Notes under the pieces: model-generated
Seen by the model: the letters and a program-made list of their open reading frames with translations, nothing else
The model's database searches: none
Told to the model about the DNA's origin: nothing
Made by a program: the position numbers and the translations under genes
Source: Macrostomum lignano
Taxonomy: Eukaryota
NCBI GenBank assembly: GCA_002269645.1
Contig: NIVC01001341.1
Span: forward strand, 1-64,000
Direction: 5' to 3'
DNA length: 64,000 nucleotides
Shown here: positions 38,115 to 49,073 of the stretch, one piece after another
How positions within the stretch are numbered: the first letter of the stretch is position 1
Layout: each line of letters begins with the position of its first letter

Positions 38115-40610
38115 CATCTTTCTTATTTCTAAGAATCTTATTTCTTGGAAGCTCATTTAAAAAAATCTCATTTCTTGGAAGCTCATTTCTAATAATCTCA
38201 CTTCTTGGAAGCTTATTTTGTAAGAATCTCATTTCTTGGAAGCTCATTTCTAATAATCTCACTTCTTGGAAGCTTATTTTGTGAGAATCTCACTTCTTGG
38301 AAGCTTATTTCTAAGAATCTCATTTCTTGGAAGCTCATTTCAAAAAATCTCATTTCTTGGAAGCTTATTTTGTAAGAATCTCATTTCTTGGAAGCTTATT
38401 TCTAAGAATCTCATTTCTTGGAAGCTTATTTCTAAGAATCTCATTTCTTGGAAGCTTATTTCTAAGAATCTCACTTCTTGGAAGCTCATTTCTAAAAATC
38501 TCATTTCTTGGAAGCTCATTTCTAAGAATCTTATTTCTTGGAAGCTCATTTCTAATAATCTCACTTCTTGGAAGCCTTTTTCTAAGAATCTCATTTCTTG
38601 AAAACTCATTTCAAAGAATCTCACTTCTTGGAAGCTCATTTCTAAGAATCTCATTTCTTGGAAGCCTTTTTCTAAGAATATCATTTCTTGGAAGCCTTTT
38701 TCTAAGAATCTCACTTCTTGGAAGCCTTTTTCTAAGAATCTCCTTGGAAGCTCATTTCTAAGAATCTTATTTCTTGGAAGCCTTTTTCTAAGAATCTCAT
38801 TTCTTGGAAGCCTTTTTCTAAGAATCTTATTTCTTGGAAGCCTTTTTCTAAGAATCTCATTTCTTGGAAGCTCATTTCAAGAATCTCATTTCTTGGAAGC
38901 TCATTTCAAAGAATCTCACTTCTTGGAAGCCTTTTTCTAAGAATCTCATTTCTTGGAAACTCATTTCAAAGAATCTCACTTCTTGGAAGCTCATTTCTAA
39001 GAATCTCATTTCTTGGAAGCCTTTTTCTAAGAATCTCACTTCTTGGAAGCTTATTTCTAAGAATCTCATTTCTTGGAAGCTCATTTCTAAGAATCTCATT
39101 TCTTGGAAGCTCATTTCTAAGAATCTCATTTATTGGAAGCTCATTTCTAAGAATCTCATTTCTTGGAAGCTCATTTCTAAGAATCCCATTTCTCTCATTT
39201 CTTCTTTCTTCTTGGAAGCTCATTTCTAAGAATCTCATTTCTTGGAAGCTCATTTCTAAGAATCTCATTTCTTGGAAGCTCATTTCTAAGAATCCCACTT
39301 CTTGGAAGCTCATTTCTAAGAATCCCACTTCTTGGAAGCCTTTTTCTAAGAATCTCATTTATTGGAAACTCATTTCAAAGAATCTCATTTCTGGGAAGCT
39401 CATTTTTAAGAAGCCCACTTCTTGGAAGCTTATTTTGTAAGAATCTCACTTCTTGGAAGCTCATTTCTAAGAATCTCATTTCTTGGAAGCTCATTTCAAA
39501 AAATCTCATTTCTTGGAAGCTTATTTTGTAAGAATCTCATTTCTTGGAAGCTCATTTCTAAAAATCCCACTTCTTGGAAGCCTTTTTCTAAGAATCTCAT
39601 TTATTGGAAACTCATTTCAAAGAATCTCACTTCTTGGAAGCTTATTTCTAAGAATCTCATTTCTTGTAAGCTCATTTCTGAGAGTCTCATTTCTTGGAAG
39701 CTCATTTCTAAGAATCTTATTTCTTGGAAGCTCATTTCTAATAATCTCACTTCTTGGAAGCCTTTTTCTAAGAATCTCATTTCTTGAAAACTCATTTCAA
39801 AGAATCTCACTTCTTGGAAGCTCATTTCTAAGAATCTCATTTCTTGGAAGCCTTTTTCTAAGAATATCATTTCTTGGAAGCCTTTTTCTAAGAATCTCAC
39901 TTCTTGGAAGCTTATTTCTAAGAATCTCATTTCTTGGAAGCTCATTTCTAAGAATCTCATTTCTTGGAAGCCTTTTTCTAAGAATCTCACTTCTTGGAAG
40001 CTCATTTCTAAGAATCTCATTTATTGGAAGCTCATTTCTAAGAATCTCATTTCTTGGAAGCTCATTTCTAAGAATCTCATTTCTTGGAAGCTCATTTCTA
40101 AGAATCCCATTTCTCTCATTTCTTCTTTCTTCTTGGAAGCTCATTTCTAAGAATCTCATTTCTTGGAAGCTCATTTCTAAGAATCCCACTTCTTGGAAGC
40201 CTTTTTCTAAGAATCTCATTTATTGGAAACTCATTTCAAAGAATCTCATTTCTGGGAAGCTCATTTTTAAGAAGCCCACTTCTTGGAAGCTTATTTTGTA
40301 AGAATCTCACTTCTTGGAAGCTCATTTCTAAGAATCTCATTTCTTGGAAGCTCATTTCAAAAAATCTCATTTCTTGGAAGCTTATTTTGTAAGAATCTCA
40401 TTTCTTGGAAGCTCATTTCTAAAAATCCCACTTCTTGGAAGCCTTTTTCTAAGAATCTCATTTATTGGAAACTCATTTCAAAGAATCTCACTTCTTGGAA
40501 GCTTATTTCTAAGAATCTCATTTCTTGTAAGCTCATTTCTGAGAGTCTCATTTCTTGGAAGCTCATTTCTAAGAATCTCATTTCTATAAATCCCATTTCT
40601 AAGAATATTT
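38115..40610. repeat. 30-bp minisatellite (copy B)
   Basis: Same unit and variant order as 30530-33085, a few units shorter. Confidence 0.95.
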
Positions 40611-40867
40611 TCCTTTTTTCAAAAACCCTCTAGTCAATTTGTAAGAATGACTTTTAGCCCAATTTCTGCAATTCTTTTATGAATTAGCTATCTGTATTAA
40701 ACCTTATCCATCTTATATTAAAGACTCGTCGTTAATTGCATTTTTTTTAAATCAGCTTGTTAATAGTTTTCTAGGAATCGCCTTACAGTCAGTTACAACG
40801 TTTCTTGGAGTTTCCAGGCTCTATTTAATCGCGTAACTATATTGAAAGCATTCTTGTTAATATTTGC

Positions 40868-43800
40868 ATGTCCGACTCTTCAACACCGCCAGCTCAGCCC
40901 AGTCGCGAACCCTTATTGAGCGAAGCAGCAGACCAGTCTGTTAACAGCAAAGAAGATAAAGCCAATAAATTGCCAGTCATGAATGAGGGCATCGCTCAGA
41001 GTTTGCCAAGCAAAGGCATGGTACTTATAGCTGGCAATTCTCACCCGGAATTTGCTAAACTAGTAGCTAAATATCTATCCGTACCATTGGGCAGCGTGTC
41101 TGTTGGTCCGAAGAGCAACAATGAGACTGGCGTAGAGATTAACGAAACAGTTCGCAGTCGCGATGTCTACATTATACAGACTGGCACTAAGAATGTCAAT
41201 AACGACATTATGGAACTACTAGTGATGATGTACGCCTGCAAAACTTCTGACGCTCGAACTATTAATGTTATAATGCCCTATCTGCCCTACTGTAAGCAGA
41301 GTAAGATGCGCAAACGAGGCTCGATTGTTAGCCATTTATTGGCTAGGCTATTCTGCCGGACAGGCTTGAATCGTATGATAACAATCGACTTGCATAAGAA
41401 AGAGATTCAAGGCTTCTACAATGTTCCAGTTGATAATTTGCGCGCATCGTCCTTCCTCATCCAGTACGTGACCAGTAACGTGTCGGACTATCGGAATGCA
41501 GTGATAGTAGCCAGGAATGCCGCCGCGATGCAGAGAGCTACGTCTTATTCCGAACGGCTCCGCCTGCCATTGGCTGTCATTCACGGCGAAGAGCACTCGG
41601 AATCCGAACGATCCGATGGTAGGAATTCGCCGCCGCCGTTGCAGCTGTCTGGCGGCGGCGACAGTGCTGTCGCAGTCGAAGGCGGGCGAACCTCTGGAGA
41701 TGAAAAGAGCAGGTGATTATTCTGCAGATAAAAATTTCCATAGCATAGCTCTTAGAGAGACTATGCCGCTTCTTTTGCTAAGCAGTAAAACGACTGAACT
41801 ACTTGGTTTCATCAAGGACCACTGTAAATATAGTAGGACCTTAAACTCAAAGATCGTGTAGTTTTTTGGAGGCCAATTTCCTGGGGAAAAAAGTAGATCT
41901 CTATGCTTGACCCAAAGTAGATCCCTATGCTTGACCCAAAGTAGATCCCTGTGCTTGACCCATGTAGATCCCTGTGCTTGACCCAAAGTAGATCCCTATT
42001 CTTGACCCAAAGTAGATCCCTATTCTTGACCCAAAGTAGATCCCTATGCTTGACCCAAAGTAGATCCCTATTCTTGACCCAAAGTAGATCCCTATGCTTG
42101 ACCCAAAGTAGATCCCTATGCTTGACCCAAAGTAGATCCCTATGCTTGACCCAAAGTAGATCCCTATGCTTGACCCAAAGTAGATCCCTATTCTTGACCC
42201 AAAGTAGATCCCTATGCTTGACCCAAAGTAGATCCCTGTGCTTGACCCAAAGTAGATCCCTATGCTTGACCCAAAGTAGATCCCTGTGCTTGACTCAAAG
42301 TAGATCCCTATGCTTGACCCAAAGTAGATCCCTATGCTTGACCCAAAGTAGATCCCTATGCTTGACCCAAAGTAGATCCCTATGCTTGACCCAAAGTAGA
42401 TCCCTGTGCTTGACTCAAAGTAGATCCCTATGCTTGACCCAAAGTAGATCCCTATGCTTGACCCAAAGTAGATCCCTATTCTTGACCTAAAGTAGATCCC
42501 TATGCTTGACCCAAAGTAGATCCCTATGCTTGACCCAAAGTAGATCCCTATGCTTGACCCAAAGTAGATCCCTATGCTTGACCCAAAGTAGATCCCTATG
42601 CTTGACCCAAAGTAGATCCCTGTGCTTGACTCAAAGTAGATCCCTATGCTTGACCCAAAGTAGATCCCTATGCTTGACCCAAAGTAGATCCCTATTCTTG
42701 ACCTAAAGTAGATCCCTATGCTTGACCCAAAGTAAATCCCTATGCTTGACCCAAAGTAGATCCCTATTCTTGACCCAAAGTAGATCCCTATGCTTGACAC
42801 AAAGTGGATCTCTATGCTTGACCCAAAGTAGATCCCTATGCTTGACCCAAAGTAGAACCCTGTGCTTGACCCAAAGAAGGTCCCTGTGCTTGACCCAAAG
42901 TAGATCCCTGTGCTTGACCCAAAGTAGATCCCTATGCTTGACCCAAAGTACATTGTGATGCTTGACCCAGATTTGAGCCATAACGGGTCCAATTCAATGC
43001 CCTAATCGCAGGACAGTATTGACGGTACTATGCATCGGTATAGGGCAGGATGCATGGTCGAAATTCTTACTGCTAAAAGAAACTGAAGATTGACTTTTCA
43101 ATAGAGATTGATTCATAGAGAATCACACTCTTAAGTGCTATCTCCGGTTCCATAACATAATTTTGTCAAAAGCCTTTTCGTCAAATGGGAAAGTAGACAA
43201 GTGATCTTAATCTTAAGTAGACAAGTGATCTTAAGTAAGTGAAAAGTAACTTTAATTGTAGTCTTTTACAAGAAACAGTTTCTAAGAAAAAATACGCACA
43301 TTTGACGTACAAAATTCTACTATCTAAAGCCTTTTCGTCAAATGGGAAAGTAGACAAGTGATCTTAATCTTAAGTAGACAAGTGATCTTAAGTAAGTGAA
43401 AAGTAACTTTAATTGTAGTCTTTTACAAGAAACAGTTTCTAAGAAAAAATACGCACATTTGACGTACAAAATTCTACTATCTAAATGTCTGCTTTCCGCC
43501 GTTTGATGAGTTGACCAAATGACTGTTTGATGAAAAGGTTTTTGACGACGTGTCCGTCCACCGCATCTCCTAACATTTAACATTCGATTAACAACCCAAG
43601 AATGCAATTTTCTAAACTGACTACTAAATTGCAGCTACCCAGACCTGCAACAGTGGGAACCGCCTCAACAGCGGTAAAGAAAACTTTTTTATAAAAATGT
43701 TTTTTCAACTACACGCGTGATAGAAAGCATCTTGCCAATAACCCCCAGTTTCCGGAACTATTTTGCGAGAAATAACGGTTGTTAAGACTGTAGGATAGCT

Positions 43801-45775
43801 CGAAATTAATATTCATTGAAAAAACTTCGAGATCTAGTAAAATTTGAATTCATAAGCTGCGTACTAACTTAAAATCTATTTCTAAATGCGAATTACTTTT
43901 TCATCTCGGGCCTAGGCGAAAGAAGAAAGAAAGAATAAGAACAAGCGCACCAATACTGCATGCAGGCACGCACCCATACACACGCTCACACAGCGTGCAC
44001 AGCGGCCCTGACTTTTCATCATCAGGCATGTACACTCTGTGACTTGGGGGTTGGCCCTCATAGGTGGGAATTGAACGACAAACCACCTACTGGCCAGTTT
44101 TGGGGTACAACCGCCAACAAAGATTGAAAGAATGACAAATCAAAGAGTTGAGGGTTGAGCACGAAAATTGGTTCGAGGGCTTGCCGTTTAGTTCACAGGC
44201 ACGATGACTCAACCCCCCAAGGCTCAGGATGTACATGCCCGACGGTTAGGTCAGTGTCTCTGTGCACCCACTGTGAGTACTGGCTCGCTCGTACGCTCGT
44301 ATTTGCCTCGGAACTGGTTGGAATGTCGCCGAAGGCTTTGCTTCAGGGTTGCCCCATGGCCCTGTTGCGAATGTGCATTTATTTTGCGTCGTCTGCTGGC
44401 TGTGCTCGACTGTCAGCTTGGTTTTAGTCAGAGTCTGGGCGTCAACTAGACAAGGACTACTCAAATTGAACGATAAACTACGTTTCTTGGAAAACTTTAG
44501 AAGGCCGGTTTTACCAGGAAAACCCACTACAAAGATTGGAGGTATTCATTTTCAGCACAAAACGCTCTATGAATATCAATAAGGCTATAAGAAAAAGGCA
44601 AGACATCTCAAAAAATGAACATTGTGTCCCATCCTAAGAGTACTTGAGTAGTCGTTGCAACTACGAGACATCACAGTGAGACATCCAGCTAACCAGTGTT
44701 CACAATTCTACTCACATTTTTAATAGTCTACTCGCGCTTGCGGTTGCATCTACCCGACTGTTGAAAACTAATTACCACAATAGTAGATTGTTGTAAAAAA
44801 TTAAATGTAATAAGCCAAGCCTTTGTTTTAACCAGCATCCATTTTGGTTTTCAAAAATGGTAAGAAACTTTCTGCTGGTATAAACCATTATTTCACCAAC
44901 TAATCCTTAGTTTGAGCAGCGAATGTTTTCATTTCGAATGTGACAACTGTCAGATTGATTGAAGCATAGAAGCATCTTTCGGACAATAGCCTAATGAGGA
45001 GTATCTGCTCAACCTTCGTACCATACTAATGTTGCTGCGACACCATTATCTTGATATATGTAGGTTGTTAAGTTCATTAACTTGATCTATCCTATTCCAG
45101 GCGCTCCCGACTAGACAGTGCACGCTATTCCAGGTGAGTCTTATAACTTGAATTTAAAAATATTATCCTTTGATGTAGGGAAATGCTTTGAAGTGACTAC
45201 CAAGAAGTTTCTATAAAAAGTGCAATTGAAAGGTTTTGCAGTGCACTACTGATAGGTACCGGTAAAATATAGAACATAGGTGGGGACATGGCTCGAAGGC
45301 CCCGCGATTATAACAAAGAAACTTTAATATTGGTTTGTTTTTTTCTGTGTTGTTTTTGTCAAGGCCCGGCCAGTACCAGGGCATGAACTATTTCCCGCCT
45401 CTGATGGCCAAAGAGAAAGGCCCGATGCATCTCGTTGGCGATGTCTCCGGCCGGATCGCCATCATCATTGACGACATGATCGACGATGTTGAACAATTCG
45501 CCGCTGCGGCTACGGAACTGAAAGAACGCGGCGCTTTCCGCGTCATTGTCATGGCAACGCATGGTTTGTTGAGCGCCGATGCGGCTACAAAGATTGAAGC
45601 GTCGGACATTAACGAAGTGGTAGTGACCAACACCGTACCGCACGAGGTGCAGAAGATGCAGTGCCACAAAATTAAAACTGTCGATGTCTCGGTTCTCATC
45701 GCTGAGGCCATTCGACGGATTCAGAACAACGAGAGCATGTCCTACCTGTTTGCGCATGTGACATGCGACGATTGA
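40868..45775 (+). CDS. PRPSAP: PRPP synthetase-associated protein (~429 aa); exons 40868-41712, 45101-45133 (microexon), 45364-45775
   Basis: [35 protein letters not shown] and [14 protein letters not shown] are PRPSAP-type rather than catalytic PRPS; C-terminal [17 protein letters not shown]. Phase-2 junctions are consistent. Confidence 0.9.
41895..42970. repeat. 24-bp minisatellite, PRPSAP intron 1
   Basis: Unit GCTTGACCCAAAGTAGATCCCTAT. Confidence 0.95.
43170..43486. repeat. ~158-bp direct tandem duplication x2
   Basis: GCCTTTTCGTCAAATGG..CTACTATCTAAA occurs twice. Confidence 0.9.
43960..44290. mobile_element. Two diverged, oppositely oriented copies of the second SINE-like family
   Basis: 43978-44062 aligns to the reverse complement of 44204-44278 and to 6380-6470. 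B-box-like GTTCAATTCCC on the minus strand at ~44067-44077. Confidence 0.5.
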
Positions 45776-48491
45776 GAATTCAACTCGATGACGTTCGTGT
45801 TAGGATGAAGTGAAGTTGTATCCGTGTGTCCATCGTGTGGTTTCGTCTCGTCTTTGAAATTCTTTTAAAAAATTCAATAATAAGTAATTTTCCAGATATA
45901 ATCTCAATATTCTGTTTCGAATTAACTATTTTAAAATATAATAAATCGTAATTAAATGTCAATGCAATTCATTTACTGCAACTCTTCTTGGCTGCAATGT
46001 ACGCGATTTGTCCTGAAAATTCTGAGACATGATCCCAAAGCAATATGGAAGCAGATAAATAAAAGGTCAATATCAACATTAAGTATTAGTTTTTTATTTG
46101 AGTTGCCGATGCTCGTCCAATATTGGACATCTTCAGGGTCGATATTTATTTGAAACATTGATTCGATGTAGGAGTTGACTTGCAACAGTTGTTGTGACGC
46201 TGACCCACACGAGATGAATAGGGCTATTGATTTTTGCAATAGAGATCACATGCTCTGCCTATTAGAAGCCCTGCAGTACATTAAAACGAGACAGCCTACG
46301 TTAAATAATCAACTCGCGATGGGTGGGGCTAGCCGACAACTCTGCATATTTTAGTTTACCTTGCTAATAACTGGACTCGAATGAAACCGACATGCATTCT
46401 CCCCTACCAATAATGCTTCTACTTTCGATTAATATGTACAAGTTTTTCAACCATCAAAATTACATGTATTTTCATACTTCTCTGCCACTCACTATATATA
46501 CTGTTTGCGTTGAATAATTTGGTTCAAATAAATTTCGACCCTGAAGATGTCCAATATTGGACGAAATGCATCGGCCAACTCAAATAAATAACTAATACTT
46601 AATGTTGACATTGACCTTTATTAATATGGAAGCAGCCACAAGCAGAATGTGGTGTCATTTAAAATCGACAAACTTTTTCCATTTAATAAAGATTATTTCA
46701 TTCAAAAGTGATGATTCGAAACAAATCGTTGTCTTTAAATATCACTATCACCCTTCAAGAGATTCTTCTCAATGTAGTTTCATTTAAATATTTATCCGTG
46801 TATTGAACTCAAACTTTGACTAATAAGCATGTTCTAACCAAAACTGGTTCTTTAAATGTAACTTATGTATTTTTTACGTGGCACCTCACCTATGTATGTA
46901 ACATGTAGTAAGCATCGTTATCGATCTTTTTGTTTACACAGCGGCATTCGTAAATCAATAAATCAATTATTTGTTTGGCTGGAACAGCTTCTGCTATGAA
47001 AATATTGTCTATTAATTGTTTGCATCATTTATTTGTTTTTTGTTTCATTGAGTCCAAGCCTATCTGTACGACGCCAGATTTTAGAAAATGAGATTATTGC
47101 TTTTGTAAATCAAGTTACAATTACTCGTAAATTCAATTAAAGAACACTATGGCAAAGAGTTTATGGGCCTCAGCTATTCAATGGCTCCCTTAAATTCATT
47201 TACTAAAAATGGTCTGTCGGCAGGTGGGTATCTATCTAGGTATGTAATCGATTTTTAGCAAAAACGGATCAACCGATTTTCATCGAACTTGCTCTAATGC
47301 GTTCTCTAACGCCAAGACGTCTATGGCCAAGACCTTTTACAAAGCCAAAATACGAAAGTTCTTTCATAAACTGAATTCCTTAAATATTAACTAGATTTAC
47401 AAAAACGATACCGGTTTAGAAATGAAAATGAGATTGATTGAGTTTCTGCATCAACTTGGACAGCATACTCGTATGATTCTGGTGAAGAAGTTAGTCAGTG
47501 GACTGGTCTAAGCGTATGTCCAATCCAAATGAAGCCGCATTGCAAGACGTCAATTAGCCCCGATGTGAATGTTACCCAGGCCAAGAAGCGTCCCGGAGTC
47601 TAAATAGGAAAGAAGTGATTCTAAACGACTGTAAGTCGTCAAAGAGTCGCCCCTGAATCACTTTAAAGCGTTTTATTGTCTGCAACTCTGAAACGATTCT
47701 GGGGCGACGGTATAACGATTCTGGGGCCGTAGAGTCATATTTGAGGCGTCCCAGAGTCGCGATTCTTTTCACGTTTATCGTTTTCAACGAGAGTCTCCCA
47801 AATGCAAATCTACGAGTACAAGCGATTACACTGCTCTCCGCGTGACCCGTTTCAAAAAATATCTGGTTGACAACATAAAAAATACCGACTCGAAATCTTT
47901 CTGCCTATCTGCGGCTCTGCTTCGTGTCACTGAGAGGACTCTGGAAGGCAAGCCATCATCAACAACAACAACAAAATATTTCTCCCGCCAGGAAGGGGGA
48001 ATACATGTAAGTCAGAGAGCGCGTCTTTGGGCCATAAGCCCTTAAAAAGTCACACTCCCAGCTTGGCGCCAGCATCGGTAAAAAGCAGGATATCTCGCCG
48101 TTAGAACGAACGTATACTCTATAGTTATCCAATTTTACCTCAGAGTACCATTTAAGACCATGGAGACAATGGCAGCTGAGAAATTTCAACAAAGGCAGCC
48201 TTTCATGATGAGTGAGGCAGACAAATATGTACTTTACAATACATCGACGGCTAACGACTCCGCCTAATGTACGCGTACTTTGGATTGCTGTATGGGCAGT
48301 GAGGACAGAAGCAGCACTTAATGAATTTTCTGCAAGGCCCCCAGAATTCCGAATCTCGTATTGCTGCAGTTGTTTACTCGTATTCTTATTCATCACGAGT
48401 TTCAAAGCTAGCTTATAAATTGTTTTCATTGATTTTCCATGACTTTTTGAGTTAAAAATAAATGTAATAATTTAGTAATTAATTTATTGAT

Positions 48492-48763
48492 GACACCTGC
48501 CCTAATGGGCAAACGTGCAACCGACAGCTCAGCCGCAGCTATTGCGCGGCGCATCTGAAGGCTGCGTACGGCTGTTCAGTCCAAGGACTGGGGGGGTCGC
48601 CACACACCCCCTCAATTCCCCCAGCTAATGCTGGCACCCATTTTACAGCTGGATGAACTGAAGCAATGCAGAGTTAAGTGTAATTGTTCCAGTGGGATCA
48701 GGAATCGAACCCCGACCTTTCAGTCGTGAGTCCGATGCTCTGACCACTATAGCTTACAACACC
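48492..48763 (-). mobile_element. tRNA-derived SINE with CORE-like domain (copy 1, internal deletion)
   Basis: Minus-strand head with A box AGCTATAGTGGTCAGAGC and B box GGTTCGATTCC; body nearly identical to 60365-60639. Confidence 0.8.
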
Positions 48764-49073
48764 TTCAGTTCAATATGCATTCAAGTTGCTCGAATGCTTT
48801 AACAAAAAGACCCATCGATTGTCTCTTTAATCTCACCGACAGAGAAAGCGTAGTTCAATGAAAACATGTACAAGTTACACATATTGTATGTATTTATGGG
48901 TACATTTCAAAGCTAGCTAGCTATCTGCTTCGGTTACGAGTTTATCTTACCACAGTACTAACAGTAGCTTATTGCAGACTATAAATATTGAAAGTGAGTT
49001 TAGTCGAGAGACAGATCGGATTGGGTTGGGATTGAATTTTCACCAAAATGTTATGCAATATTAACAACTGCCT

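Larger units (their letters stand above)
28133..42520. repeat. Tandem segmental duplication: unit A ~28133-34982, unit B ~34983-42520
   Basis: Same order in both units: 24-bp array end, copine last exon, 29-bp array, AT-rich spacer, 30-bp array, PRPSAP exon 1, 24-bp array. Offsets are 6851 at the copine exon and 7524 at PRPSAP. Confidence 0.92.

Noticed and set aside
30683-42992. Many ORFs ([26 protein letters not shown] repeats)
   Set aside because: Translations of the 30-bp and 24-bp arrays.
47572-48429. Unique-looking ORFs (156 aa minus, 67 aa plus with a GTAAGT at 48007)
   Set aside because: No recognisable motif; the candidate downstream acceptor gives an immediate stop.
48700-48763. 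tRNA gene (Val-like head; also 60580-60639)
   Set aside because: Lacks a proper acceptor stem and continues into a shared SINE body.
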